Source of the DNA: Candidatus Hermodarchaeota archaeon
GTDB lineage: Archaea; Asgardarchaeota; Lokiarchaeia; Sigyniarchaeales; SOKP01
DNA: 15,766 nt
Assembly (NCBI GenBank): GCA_048885525.1
Contig: JBHLLP010000060.1
Span: 1-15,766, forward strand
Reading direction: 5' to 3'
Under the pieces are notes generated by a model that worked only from the letters and a program-made list of their open reading frames with translations, searched no databases and was not told the origin of the DNA. The position numbers and the translations under genes were made by a program. Numbering within the stretch: position 1 is the first letter of the stretch; the number at the start of each line of letters is the position of its first letter. Positions 1-10,041 of the stretch are shown here, one piece after another.

Positions 1-688
1 AAGTAAACGGACCTAAATAAATCGTAAGATCAATGATCATTTCCTCGATATTAGAATAGTAATCAGGATCCCACGCAATAACTGGCGCATAAATATATGG
101 TGCTACTATTTGAGAAATGACAACACTCATACCCATGGAAAGGAACAATACATTCAACACCCGCTTGATGAAAATCTTTATACTAGCTAATCCACTCCCC
201 AAATTTAAATCCATGGGATATGTTTCAAGATAATAAATATCTTTGGTTCTTAGAGGATATCCTAAAACAATTTCAGCAGCTTTCGGTCTTTTTTTCGATA
301 CTGTTTTTCTTAAATATTTTACCATACTTGAAGAGGCAAATCGGGCCCCAATTTGACCCCATGCTAATATAGGAATAATTGCAATTCCGATAAAAACTAA
401 AGGCGCCCACCAATAGAACTCCCCAGGATTATAAGGTTCCTCTGGAAATAATAGCTTATAATAAAGTCCGCTAAAGTATATAAATTGGATAAAGAAGAGT
501 GCTACAAAAATTGCAATTAGAGCTATAAGATTCTTTTTTGGTACGACTACATCAAATTTATCGTCTGAACTTTCTATATTCAAATGTACAGGTTTCCTTC
601 GATAAAGAAAAGAGATTTTTCCATTCTTTTCCGAAATATCATCATTTGTTTCATTTTTATTTGATTTTATTTCACTCATTTTGACCAT
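1..688 (-). CDS. Multi-pass membrane protein of unknown function, partial (runs off the window's left edge; not in the supplied ORF track)
   Basis: Manual translation from ATG at 688 (alternative ATG at 679) is open to position 1: MVKMSEIKSNKNETNDDISEKNGKISFLYRRKPVHLNIESSDDKFDVVVPKKNLIALIAIFVALFFIQFIYFSGLYY...EFYWWAPLVFIGIAIIPILAWGQ...VLNVLFLSMGMSVVISQIVAPYIY...MIIDLTIYLGPFT. It contains at least 3 hydrophobic segments. Confidence 0.85.
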   Translation of the reverse strand, partial: MVKMSEIKSNKNETNDDISEKNGKISFLYRRKPVHLNIESSDDKFDVVVPKKNLIALIAIFVALFFIQFIYFSGLYYKLLFPEEPYNPGEFYWWAPLVFIGIAIIPILAWGQIGARFASSSMVKYLRKTVSKKRPKAAEIVLGYPLRTKDIYYLETYPMDLNLGSGLASIKIFIKRVLNVLFLSMGMSVVISQIVAPYIYAPVIAWDPDYYSNIEEMIIDLTIYLGPFT

Positions 689-788
689 TTGAATTTGTGT
701 TAAAAATATAATATATTAAGAAAAATAAGTTATATTTAAATAATAATAAATTCAAACACAAGAACAAACTAGTTTTACTGAGGATAAT
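689..788. promoter_or_regulatory. Divergent promoter region with archaeal BRE/TATA-like elements
   Basis: 100-bp very AT-rich gap between divergent starts. Purine-rich gaaaaataag (720-729) is followed by ttatatttaaa (730-740). Confidence 0.45.
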
Positions 789-1280
789 ATGGTAGTAAAA
801 GTAGAGTCAGATGAGAAAAAGAAGAAGAAATTTGTTTTAAATGAAGATGAGATTTTTAAATCTTTAAGTCATAAAGTAAGAAGGGATATTGTCAAATTTT
901 TAGGAGAGAATACTCTAACTTTTACAGAAATTAAAAATAATTTAGAACCTGTTGATAGTCCAACTCTTTCTTATCATCTTAAAAGCTTAGAACCATTATT
1001 AATACAAAAAGAAAACAAATATGAGCTCTCTGAGATTGGAGAAGCCGCTTTTAATTTATTGAGTAAAACCGATGAGTCAGTTAGGATTTCTCGGTATAAA
1101 AGAAAGTTCTTATATGCATATTATGTAACAGTAATTTGCTGGATCAGTGCTACGACTGTTATTCCTTTTATCATAAGTGCAAATCTTGGTTTTTGGACAA
1201 TCACCTATATTAATATTGTGATTACTATTATTTCAACTATAAATTATGTGATAGTCTGGACTTTAAGAAAGAAATATTAA
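789..1280 (+). CDS. ArsR-like winged-helix transcriptional regulator with two C-terminal transmembrane helices
   Basis: IFKSLSHKVRRDIVKFL...LTFTEIKNNL...SPTLSYHLKSL...YELSEIG is a typical ArsR/HTH_20 pattern, followed by two hydrophobic segments (FLYAYYVTVICWISATTVIPFII; FWTITYINIVITIISTINYVIVW). Confidence 0.85.
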   Translation: MVVKVESDEKKKKKFVLNEDEIFKSLSHKVRRDIVKFLGENTLTFTEIKNNLEPVDSPTLSYHLKSLEPLLIQKENKYELSEIGEAAFNLLSKTDESVRISRYKRKFLYAYYVTVICWISATTVIPFIISANLGFWTITYINIVITIISTINYVIVWTLRKKY

Positions 1281-1566
1281 AATTTATAGTTAGATTTTGA
1301 TAATATTACAAATTTAGATAATTTCTCGCTTTTTATGGAAAAATTAACTAAGTAGTTTAAAGTTAGATTTAGTAAATAAATCTCTACTAAAACTCCTTTT
1401 ACTAATGTATTAAAATTATAGGACTGATGCTTATCAATTAAAGAAATGGTGTACAAAATATTGAGATTATTAAAATTTGGACTCCTATTCTTTTAAAACA
1501 TTATTATTTATCAATAAAAGAGTTATATTGAGAAGGAATAACAAGAAAATTTTGTGATTTAAGGTT

Positions 1567-2538
1567 ATGAGTATAAGTAAAGATTCTGTTGTTATCGAAA
1601 TTAGAAATCTTAAAAAACATTTTAAAGAAGTTAAAGCAGTGGATGGTGTGTCCTTGAAAATTAAAAAAGGTGAATTGTTCAGCATTTTAGGTCCTAATGG
1701 TGCTGGAAAAACGACACTAATAAAAATGCTTACAACAGTTCTCACTCCGACTTCTGGTGATGCTTTAATTAAAGGAAATAGTATTTTAACTGAAAAAGAA
1801 GTGATAAAAAATTTTATTGGTGTATGTCCACAGGATATTACAATTTATGAGGTTTTAAGAGCAGAGGAAAATGTTGAGTTTGTAGCAGCAATGCATGGCA
1901 TTCATCGAAAAGAAGCAAAAGAGAAAGCCAAAAAAATTTTAGGAAATTTTGGGATAGCAGGAAGAAAAGATTGGGCTAAACATTTCTCAGGTGGTATGCA
2001 ACGCCGTTTAAATCTTGCAATGGCTTTAGTTTTCGAACCTGAAATTCTTTTTCTTGATGAACCCACAGCCGGTCTTGATCCTCAAGCACGGCGCCTTGTT
2101 TGGGATTTTATTAAGGATCTAAAAAATCAGGATATAACAATTATTCTTATGACTCATGATATGGTTGAGGCTGATTCTTTAAGTGATCGTATTGCAATTA
2201 TAGATCATGGTAAGATCATTGCTGAAGGAACCCCTATAGAACTAAAAGAGAAATACGGCAGTGATAATGCTTTAGAAGTTTCCTTTATTGAGCAGGATGA
2301 CCTTGAATTAGTAAAAAATAACATACAACACTTACCATTTGTTGCTAATTGGAATGAGATTGATAAAAATGAAATAAAAAAGCTTTTGATATCTTTTCAA
2401 GGTGGTTTAAAAAACCTTGTTAAAATTCTTCAACAAGGGCTTATTGAAAATTTTGATGAAGTTGAGAATATGAAGTTTAGGCAAAACTCGTTAGAAGATG
2501 TATTTCTAAATTTAACAGGAAGGAGGTTAAGAGATTAA
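1567..2538 (+). CDS. ABC transporter ATP-binding subunit (DrrA/NodI-like exporter family)
   Basis: Walker A GPNGAGKTT, signature FSGGMQRR, Walker B ILFLDEPTAGLDP, H-loop MTHDM, C-terminal SLEDVFLNLTG. Confidence 0.96.
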   Translation: MSISKDSVVIEIRNLKKHFKEVKAVDGVSLKIKKGELFSILGPNGAGKTTLIKMLTTVLTPTSGDALIKGNSILTEKEVIKNFIGVCPQDITIYEVLRAEENVEFVAAMHGIHRKEAKEKAKKILGNFGIAGRKDWAKHFSGGMQRRLNLAMALVFEPEILFLDEPTAGLDPQARRLVWDFIKDLKNQDITIILMTHDMVEADSLSDRIAIIDHGKIIAEGTPIELKEKYGSDNALEVSFIEQDDLELVKNNIQHLPFVANWNEIDKNEIKKLLISFQGGLKNLVKILQQGLIENFDEVENMKFRQNSLEDVFLNLTGRRLRD

Positions 2539-2539
2539 A

Positions 2540-3340
2540 ATGATTATCATAGAAAATAGGGCTGTTCAAATAGCGATTAAGAACCTTAAAGATAAGGTGC
2601 GGCACTGGCAATATTTATTTTTTTCACTCTTACTACCCATTATGTTCACCATCATGTTTTACTTTATGCTTGGTACTGAAAAAGATCCTACTGGTAGAAG
2701 TAATTTTGATTACGGTTTTCCAGGGATGATTATTTATGCCATAGGTATAGGAACTATGAATGCGGCTATTATGTTTGCTAATGATAAAAGATCAGGGATG
2801 CTAACTCGCTTAGATACAATGCCAACTGGTAGGAAGAATATATTTTTAGGAGCATTAATTTCTGAATCACTTTTCTTAATGCTTCAAATTATAATAATGT
2901 TTATTTTTGGTTACGTTATATTAGGTTTATATTTAGAGGGTTCATTAGAACTATTCTTTGGATTCTTAATTGCTGTTTTATTTGGGATATCTGCAGTTGG
3001 TTTAGGGATAATAATAGCAAGTATATCGAAAACTGTTGAAATAGCTAATGCTTTTTCGCTATTAATTTTTATGGTCCTACTTTTTCTTTCAGGAAGTTTA
3101 ATGCCATTTGAAAGTCCTATTGTATATTTTATGCCCCCCTTTTGGGCTAAACAAATATTTCTGCAGCTTACTGTGTTAGGACATGGATTAAATGAAAACT
3201 TATATAGTAGTTCATTAATAGGAGTAAGTGCTGAAGCGCTTCCAATTACTTTATTGGGTGGAATTCTAATTGTTGTCGCATTTTCGGTTGGGTTTATATT
3301 TTTAGGTATTTTAATTTTCCAGAAAAAAACCAAATTTTAA
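2540..3340 (+). CDS. ABC-2 type transporter permease
   Basis: About 6 TM helices and the motif DKRSGMLTRLDTMP. Starts 1 bp after the ATPase stop. Confidence 0.93.
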   Translation: MIIIENRAVQIAIKNLKDKVRHWQYLFFSLLLPIMFTIMFYFMLGTEKDPTGRSNFDYGFPGMIIYAIGIGTMNAAIMFANDKRSGMLTRLDTMPTGRKNIFLGALISESLFLMLQIIIMFIFGYVILGLYLEGSLELFFGFLIAVLFGISAVGLGIIIASISKTVEIANAFSLLIFMVLLFLSGSLMPFESPIVYFMPPFWAKQIFLQLTVLGHGLNENLYSSSLIGVSAEALPITLLGGILIVVAFSVGFIFLGILIFQKKTKF

Positions 3341-3382
3341 CCTTTTTATCTTTTTTTTCTTAAAAAAGAATTTTAAAAAGAT
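3341..3382. terminator. Bidirectional oligo-T terminator region between convergent genes
   Basis: cctttttatcttttttttct on + immediately after the permease stop. The A-tracts aaaaaa and aaaaag are T-tracts on - after the GNAT stop. Confidence 0.55.
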
Positions 3383-4003
3383 TTAACTCTCACTTTGTCT
3401 AATCATGAAAAAATTTACTATATTTGTATTGGGAATAATTAATTCTTCTCGGATTGTAAATTCAAAATGCTCATAAAATAATAAATTCCTTTCTAAATTA
3501 GTTTCTAGCCAAGTTGGTAAATTTTCATTATCTATACGTCGTAACATTGGTTTTAAGAGCTTTCTCGCAAATCCTTTTCCTTGATATTTAGGATCTACAC
3601 CAATTACTTCCAAGTACCAATGGGGGTTTTTCATATAGATATTTCGAATGGATTGGTTAAGGGCTTGAACAAATGTTATTCTTTTCGTAGTTTTTATCCC
3701 AAATTTAAAAGGAAATTTATATCCCCCATTTACTATATATTTCCAATATGAAATATTAACATTTTCAGGAGGCCGCCAGATCGCAATACCCTCTAAATTT
3801 TCAGATGTCCCGTATACTTCACCATATTTTGTTCCAATCCGAAGAATAAGTTCCCAGAAATAATGTAATTTTGCTAGTCTTTTATTTGCATCGGGTATTT
3901 GCCACCGAAGCACTGGATCGTTTTGAAAAGCTCTTGATAACACTAAAATAGCTGGTTGTATATGTTTTTTTGAAAGTTTGATTAGTTCATTCAATTCTAA
4001 CAT
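3383..4003 (-). CDS. GNAT family N-acetyltransferase
   Basis: HWYLEVIGVDPKYQGKGFARKLL (acetyl-CoA motif A), WLET, NLLFYEHFEF, and N-terminal AFQNDP. Confidence 0.92.
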   Translation of the reverse strand: MLELNELIKLSKKHIQPAILVLSRAFQNDPVLRWQIPDANKRLAKLHYFWELILRIGTKYGEVYGTSENLEGIAIWRPPENVNISYWKYIVNGGYKFPFKFGIKTTKRITFVQALNQSIRNIYMKNPHWYLEVIGVDPKYQGKGFARKLLKPMLRRIDNENLPTWLETNLERNLLFYEHFEFTIREELIIPNTNIVNFFMIRQSES

Positions 4004-4170
4004 TATTTTCCTAATTGATTTAATCTAACTTTATTACTGATAAATATATTTCTTAGATTATAATTTTTAATTTCATATATAAGACAAAGAAGAGTTTTTT
4101 TAATCATAGAAAAATAGGAAATTAAAAATTCATAGATTAATTTTCATAAATATCAATTTTAAGGGTTTTT

Positions 4171-5205
4171 TTGGCATTGTATGTAGACAAATTGAACTAC
4201 GAAGTAAAAAATATTGAAGGTATCTCTCAAATTAAAATTGATGTTCCTTTCGCAGTAAAATTTGTATCCCTTTATGTTTTTAAGCTCGATGGGTTAAATA
4301 TCCTAATTGATACAGGTTTGAATATTGGAACTTGGAAAAAGAAATTATTTTCAGCACTTAAAGATATAAATCTTTCCATTCAGGATATTGATTATTGTAT
4401 CATTACGCATCTTCATACTGACCATATAGGCTTAGCTCGTGTTCTTAAGCAAAAGAACCCTGAACTAAAGATTTTAATGCATGATATCACTCATGAATTA
4501 TTGAAATGGGAAACTAATGGTGAGAATCTAAAAGAATTAGAACAAGGAGCCATGGAAATAGCAAAGCAATTAAAAAAGTATGGAATGAGTGAAGAGCAAG
4601 GAAATAGAATTGTTCAATTTTTTACATATTGGCCTAGATTCTTACAATATCAGAAACCAGATATTATTATACATGATGGAGACACTGTATTGGAGAGATT
4701 AGAAATTATCTGGACTCCAGGGCATAGTTTTGGACATATATGTGTTTTTGATAAGCAGAAAAAATATCTCTTTTCAGGAGATCATATTCTTTCTAGGATA
4801 ACCCCCCACATAGGAAATTTCGTTGTTCCTGAATATTTGGCAGAAAAATATAAAGATTATGATTTTGATAATATTTTAAAACATTATTTGACTTCGTTAG
4901 ATAAAATTGATAAGTTAAACCCTAAAATTATTTTTCCCGGCCATCAAGAAATTATTTATAATCCCCATGAGCGAATTTTACAAATTAAAGAACATCATCG
5001 AAATAGATTAGCTGAAATTTCAAGTGTAATTAAAAATAATCCTTTGACTGCCTATAGAATTTCTCAAATCCACTTTGGAGAGGATCTAGATGAGATGAAT
5101 TCATATATGGCATTAAGCGAAGTTTTAGGTCACCTCTTATTTCTTGAAGCAGAAGATAAAGTAAAGACAATTGAAAAGAATGGAAAAATTTTATATTATT
5201 GCTAG
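4171..5205 (+). CDS. Metallo-beta-lactamase-fold hydrolase with C-terminal winged-helix-like tail
   Basis: LIDTG, THLHTDHIG (HxHxDH), TPGHSFGH, FSGDH, PGH. TTG start. Confidence 0.9.
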   Translation: MALYVDKLNYEVKNIEGISQIKIDVPFAVKFVSLYVFKLDGLNILIDTGLNIGTWKKKLFSALKDINLSIQDIDYCIITHLHTDHIGLARVLKQKNPELKILMHDITHELLKWETNGENLKELEQGAMEIAKQLKKYGMSEEQGNRIVQFFTYWPRFLQYQKPDIIIHDGDTVLERLEIIWTPGHSFGHICVFDKQKKYLFSGDHILSRITPHIGNFVVPEYLAEKYKDYDFDNILKHYLTSLDKIDKLNPKIIFPGHQEIIYNPHERILQIKEHHRNRLAEISSVIKNNPLTAYRISQIHFGEDLDEMNSYMALSEVLGHLLFLEAEDKVKTIEKNGKILYYC

Positions 5206-5220
5206 TTTCAAGTAAATAAT

Positions 5221-5811
5221 ATGATAGAATGGATCAATTTTTCAATCCTAATTATCGCAACTATATTAATGGCATTTTTTTACATTAAAAGTGTAGGTCC
5301 CGCACAGTTGGAAAAAAGTATAGGAGAAAAAGCTTATGTTAGATGCGGAAATTATCGAATCATCGCCAGTTTTTTTGAACTGATTACTGCTGTTAATTAT
5401 ATTCTATATTTCTTTTTTCCTCTACCAATTTCTTTTCCTCGATATTTTATTTGGGATTATTGGATTTCCGTTATTAGTAGTTTTCTTATTCTAATTCCAT
5501 GCTTGTATATTATGCTAAAGGGAGTTAAAGATGCTGGAAGAGAGGCTCTTTTTCCAGATAAAAAACATACTTTATATGGAGGAATATATCAAAAAATTCG
5601 ACATCCTCAAGCACTTGGAGAAGTGTTTATTTGGTGGGTAGTTGCATTGCTTTTAAATTCTCCATTTCTGTTTCTATATTCTATTATTTGGTTTCCAATA
5701 TTTTACTGGTTTTGTAAAGCAGAAGAAAAAGATTTAGAGACTCGATATGGAGAACCATATATTAATTATAAAGAACGAACAGGAATGTTTTTTCCTAAGA
5801 AAAAAAGATAA
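5221..5811 (+). CDS. Isoprenylcysteine carboxyl methyltransferase / PEMT-like membrane methyltransferase
   Basis: Multiple TM helices, GGIYQKIRHPQALG, EEKDLETRYGEPYINYKERTGMFFP. Confidence 0.85.
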   Translation: MIEWINFSILIIATILMAFFYIKSVGPAQLEKSIGEKAYVRCGNYRIIASFFELITAVNYILYFFFPLPISFPRYFIWDYWISVISSFLILIPCLYIMLKGVKDAGREALFPDKKHTLYGGIYQKIRHPQALGEVFIWWVVALLLNSPFLFLYSIIWFPIFYWFCKAEEKDLETRYGEPYINYKERTGMFFPKKKR

Positions 5812-5827
5812 AATGATTTGAAATAAT

Positions 5828-7603
5828 ATGAAAGAGAGCAATTATTCTTTCTGGAAACCTGTAGAGGGTCAGATAATGACTCGATGGGTAAGTGATATAG
5901 ATCCTAAAACACCACTTCCGAAGTATCCAAGACCCCAACTTAAACGTGAAGAATGGTTAAACTTGAATGGTCTTTGGGATTATGCTATTTGCCCAAAAGA
6001 GATAAGTGATGTTGATAATTTTGAAGGGAAGATCCTTGTACCTTATCCTATAGAATCTGCTCTATCTGGAGTTAGGAGAAAATTAAATCCAAACCAGAAA
6101 TTATGGTATCATCGAAAGTTTACTATCCCTGAATCATGGAATAAGAAGAAAAAACTCTTACACTTTGGTGCTGTTGATTGGGAAACTACTATTTGGATTA
6201 ATAAAAAGTTAGTGGGTGTTCACAAAGGAGGATATACTCCTTTTTATTTCGAAATTTCAGATTTTCTAAATAACTCAAAAGAAAATGAAATAACTTTATC
6301 TGTTTGGGATCCTACAGATAAAGGTCATCAAGAACATGGTAAGCAATCTTTAAAGCCGAAAGTAATACTTTATACAGCTGTTTCAGGAATCTGGCAGACA
6401 GTTTGGTTAGAACCTGTTTCAAATACATATATTAAAAGTTTGAAGATGGTTCCAAATATCAATAAGGAATGTTTAAACCTTAAAGTAAATGTAAATGATT
6501 TAAAACCGAATGATATCACACACATTATTATTTTTGAGAAAAATCATCAAAGTATAGTTGATTTCGAAACAAACGAAAACGAGAACGTAATTAAGATTCA
6601 TTCCCCTAAACTTTGGAGCCCAGATTCCCCCTATTTGTATAAGATCATAATCGAAATCAAAAGAAATGAATCTATAATAGATAAAGTAAAAAGTTATTTT
6701 GGTATGCGAAAAATTTCATTTAGTAAGAATAAAAAGGGTATTAAACGTATAAAATTAAACGGCAAACCACTTTTCCAATATGGAACTCTAGATCAAGGAT
6801 ATTGGCCTGATGGCTTATACACAGCACCAACTGATGATGCACTTCGATATGATATTGAGATTACGAAAGAACTTGGCTTCAATATGATCCGAAAACATGT
6901 TAAGGTAGAACCTGTACGCTGGTACTATTATTGTGATAAATTGGGTATCTTAGTTTGGCAAGATATGCCCAATGGAGGTAAATTGGGATTATTTCAGTTA
7001 TTATTAAACATTCTGAGAAGCAAAAAGAGGAAGAGGGACTGGAAAAGGAGCGAAACTGATAAGAAACAATTTTACCAAGAATTTGAGGGAATTATTAATA
7101 ACCTATATAATCATCCTTCTATTATTACTTGGGTAATTTTTAACGAAAATTGGGGGCAATTTGATACCAAAAGAGCTGTAAATTTTGTGAGGGAATTAGA
7201 TTCTTCCCGATTAATTGATGAAGCAAGTGGTTGGGTTGACTATAATATAGGTGATATTGCAGATTGCCATAAATATGTTAGTCCTGCAATGCCAAAAAAT
7301 GTAGAAGATAGAGTCGCAGTCTGTGGGGAATTTGGTGGATTAGGTCTTGAAATTAAAAAACATACTTGGCAAAAGAAAATCAAGTTTGCTTATAAGAAAT
7401 TAGAAGACTCTATTGATCTATTTGAATTTTATGCCAAGTTAATCGATAAATTAAATCTATTGAAGAAAAAAGGTTTGAGTGGGGCAGTTTATACTCAGAT
7501 CACAGATGTTGAAGGAGAAATAAATGGTCTTCTTACTTATGATCGAGAAGTGATAAAATTAAACAAAAAAAAGCTTAGAGAATTGAATCTGAGTTTATAC
7601 TAA
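5828..7603 (+). CDS. Glycoside hydrolase family 2 (beta-galactosidase-like), no obvious signal peptide
   Basis: EYPRPQ-like KYPRPQL, LNGLWDY, LHFGAVDW, HKGGYTPF, SGIWQTVWLE, GFNMIRKHVK, putative acid/base FNENWG, putative nucleophile GEFGG. Confidence 0.92.
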   Translation: MKESNYSFWKPVEGQIMTRWVSDIDPKTPLPKYPRPQLKREEWLNLNGLWDYAICPKEISDVDNFEGKILVPYPIESALSGVRRKLNPNQKLWYHRKFTIPESWNKKKKLLHFGAVDWETTIWINKKLVGVHKGGYTPFYFEISDFLNNSKENEITLSVWDPTDKGHQEHGKQSLKPKVILYTAVSGIWQTVWLEPVSNTYIKSLKMVPNINKECLNLKVNVNDLKPNDITHIIIFEKNHQSIVDFETNENENVIKIHSPKLWSPDSPYLYKIIIEIKRNESIIDKVKSYFGMRKISFSKNKKGIKRIKLNGKPLFQYGTLDQGYWPDGLYTAPTDDALRYDIEITKELGFNMIRKHVKVEPVRWYYYCDKLGILVWQDMPNGGKLGLFQLLLNILRSKKRKRDWKRSETDKKQFYQEFEGIINNLYNHPSIITWVIFNENWGQFDTKRAVNFVRELDSSRLIDEASGWVDYNIGDIADCHKYVSPAMPKNVEDRVAVCGEFGGLGLEIKKHTWQKKIKFAYKKLEDSIDLFEFYAKLIDKLNLLKKKGLSGAVYTQITDVEGEINGLLTYDREVIKLNKKKLRELNLSLY

Positions 7604-7691
7604 AATTAGTTCTTTATAAAAAAAGGAGAATAAAAATATGAAAAGGATTACTAAAATAATTTAAAATTTAAAATTAAACCAACTGACATTT

Positions 7692-8750
7692 ATGAATCAA
7701 AGACCAACAGTCAAAGATCCGAAACAGCAAAAAAGTGAATTATTTGCCAAATTAGCAATTGCGGCAAAACGAGCAAAAGATAGTGGAGGCAAACCGTTCA
7801 TTTTTCATTTTCTTATGACATTACGATGCAACTGTGATTGCGAATCTTGTTTTTGGAAAGATAATTTAGTTAAAAATGAATTAACATTAGAAGAAATTAA
7901 GCGTATTTATTTGGAAGCCAAAGAAGAAGGCTTTTTATTAACTATTCTTTGGGGTGGTGAGCCTACACTTCGTAAAGATATTACAGATATTATAAAATTT
8001 GTCAAACATAAAGCTGAATTTGCTTTTATAGGAATGGTAACCAATGGCTTTCTTATTCCTAAACGAATATCTGAATTCGGGGATGATCTTAACCTTATTC
8101 TTATATCTCTTGATTCTCCTATACGAGAAGAACATGATAAGATTAGATCATTACCCGGACTGTATGATAATATAATGAAGTCAGTAGAAATAATAAAAAA
8201 GGATTATCCTCTTATTTCTCTTCAGTTTAGCTTTTCTATCAGTAAATATAATATTCATCGTGTGGATGAGATGATTGCGCTTGGAGATAAAGTAGAGGTT
8301 CCCATAGCATTTAATGTGATAAATACTATACGCCATTATTCAAAAGGAAATGTTGATGAAAAAGGTATGCTTTCCGCAACAAATCAAGAAATAAGTGATG
8401 CTTTTTCAAGAATTTTAACAGCAAAAAGAAATGGTTCCCATGTATTAAATTCAGAAATGTATTTAAAACATTTTATTGGAGGAAAGAAATCATATCGATG
8501 CCATGCAAGAAAAGTCTTTATGTTTGTTAATTCCAATGGTGATATTGAGGATTGTCTTAGATTAGATAAGCCAATAGCAAATTTACGAGAAATTTCAGTT
8601 AAAGAAGCCTTGAATCTACCACGATTCCAACAGTATTTAAAAGATACAGAAAAATGTGATAGCTGTAATTCTCCTACTATGATCGATACAAGCTATGTTT
8701 GGGAAGATTGGAGTTTAATTACTAAATCGGGTGGAATTTCCTTTGGTTAA
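7692..8750 (+). CDS. Radical SAM enzyme with C-terminal SPASM/twitch-like Cys domain
   Basis: CNCDCESC (CxxxCxxC), GGEPTLR, TNG, ISLDS, then YRC...VNSNGDIEDC...CDSC. Confidence 0.9.
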   Translation: MNQRPTVKDPKQQKSELFAKLAIAAKRAKDSGGKPFIFHFLMTLRCNCDCESCFWKDNLVKNELTLEEIKRIYLEAKEEGFLLTILWGGEPTLRKDITDIIKFVKHKAEFAFIGMVTNGFLIPKRISEFGDDLNLILISLDSPIREEHDKIRSLPGLYDNIMKSVEIIKKDYPLISLQFSFSISKYNIHRVDEMIALGDKVEVPIAFNVINTIRHYSKGNVDEKGMLSATNQEISDAFSRILTAKRNGSHVLNSEMYLKHFIGGKKSYRCHARKVFMFVNSNGDIEDCLRLDKPIANLREISVKEALNLPRFQQYLKDTEKCDSCNSPTMIDTSYVWEDWSLITKSGGISFG

Positions 8751-8826
8751 AATGTAAATAGATCGCTTAATATAATAAGATATAAAAAAAATTGTAAATT
8801 GAAAGAAAATATCAAGAAATCAAACA

Positions 8827-9930
8827 TTGGTTTTCGAAATGAGTGATTTAAGTTTAGAAGAAATCAAGAAGCTCCTTAAAAAATATCCTTTAAGAAAGGA
8901 TCGAGAGATAGTATCTAAAATTTTAGAGGGTGAAAAACTTTCTAAGAGTGAATTAGAACGAGCTTTTCATAGGTCGCTGTCTCTCTTTACACTAATGGTA
9001 TTGAATAAGAGATTTGAAAAGAATAAACAAGTGGCTGAGAAGGAGTGGTTAAGTACCAAGGTTGAAAAATTAGATAATATGGGTGCTATTGAACATTTGG
9101 AAATTATCCCTCTCATTGATTTTCATGCTGAAGGTGAATTCTTTACTGAAGAAGGTGTTTCTTATTACATTAAAGCTGATGATACTGGCATTCTATTTGA
9201 TACTGGTTTAAATGATAAACAGAATCATCCTTCTCCACTTCTTAAAAATATGGAGTCTTTAGGTGTTGCCTTAGAAGATTTCAAATACGTTTTTATATCC
9301 CATCTACACGGAGATCATGTAGGAGGCTCTAAATGGGCTGGTATTAGTACATTCTCTCTTTCGGGAACTCAACTTGATTTAAATCATGTGAAAGCATTTA
9401 CTCCAGTACCAATGAATCACCCTACAGCTAAAATACATCACGTGGAAAAACCAATGGTTATTATGAAAGGTATAGCTTCTATAGGTTCAATACGGAATCC
9501 TATGTTCTTCTTTGGAGATACCTCCGAACAAGCTCTTGCTATAAATGTCAAAGGAAAAGGGATTGTGATAATTATAGGCTGCGGACATCAAGGAATCCAT
9601 AAGATAATAGACCGTGTTGAAGCTTTGTTTGATACTCCTATTTATGGAATTATTGGCGGTTTACACTTACCTATCCCAGAATTCCCCGGAGAGGATATAA
9701 CTTGGGAAGGACTGCCCATATATAAATTTATTGTAACAAGAAGACCACCTTGGGAACCATGGCATAAGAATGATCGAGATGATACATTAGATTATCTTAA
9801 AGCACGAAAACCTAAAATAGTTGCACTTTCACCTCATGATAGCAGTATGGAAAGTATAAATGCGTTTAAAGAGACATTTAAAGAGGCTTATATCGATTTA
9901 AAGGTTGGTAAAAATATTAAAGTCGCTTAA
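8827..9930 (+). CDS. MBL-fold metallohydrolase, COG1237-like (family annotated as dihydropterin-RFAP synthase-like)
   Basis: ILFDTG, ISHLHGDHVGG, EQAL, GCGHQG, IIGGLHL. The start may be the ATG at 8839 rather than TTG at 8827. Confidence 0.8.
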   Translation: MVFEMSDLSLEEIKKLLKKYPLRKDREIVSKILEGEKLSKSELERAFHRSLSLFTLMVLNKRFEKNKQVAEKEWLSTKVEKLDNMGAIEHLEIIPLIDFHAEGEFFTEEGVSYYIKADDTGILFDTGLNDKQNHPSPLLKNMESLGVALEDFKYVFISHLHGDHVGGSKWAGISTFSLSGTQLDLNHVKAFTPVPMNHPTAKIHHVEKPMVIMKGIASIGSIRNPMFFFGDTSEQALAINVKGKGIVIIIGCGHQGIHKIIDRVEALFDTPIYGIIGGLHLPIPEFPGEDITWEGLPIYKFIVTRRPPWEPWHKNDRDDTLDYLKARKPKIVALSPHDSSMESINAFKETFKEAYIDLKVGKNIKVA

Positions 9931-10041
9931 TTGAAATTAACTATTTTGTTGTTTGTGGAAAATTTAAAAAAAAATTGAAAATCCTGAACTAAACTACTGG
10001 GTTTATATATTATCTCTATTGTGATTCAGAGTTTTTCCTTA

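Noticed and set aside
1360-1500. Overlapping inverted repeats (agattta/taaatct, tttagta/tactaaa) and a 16-codon ORF MVYKILRLLKFGLLFF at 1447
   Set aside because: Short AT-rich matches and tiny ORFs are expected by chance at this composition, and there is no independent support.
1485-1745. 86-aa ORF on the - strand
   Set aside because: Antisense shadow of the ABC ATPase N-terminus.
2911-3333. 140-aa ORF on the - strand
   Set aside because: Antisense shadow within the permease gene.
7938-8135. 65-aa ORF on the - strand
   Set aside because: Lies entirely within the radical SAM gene and has no motif.
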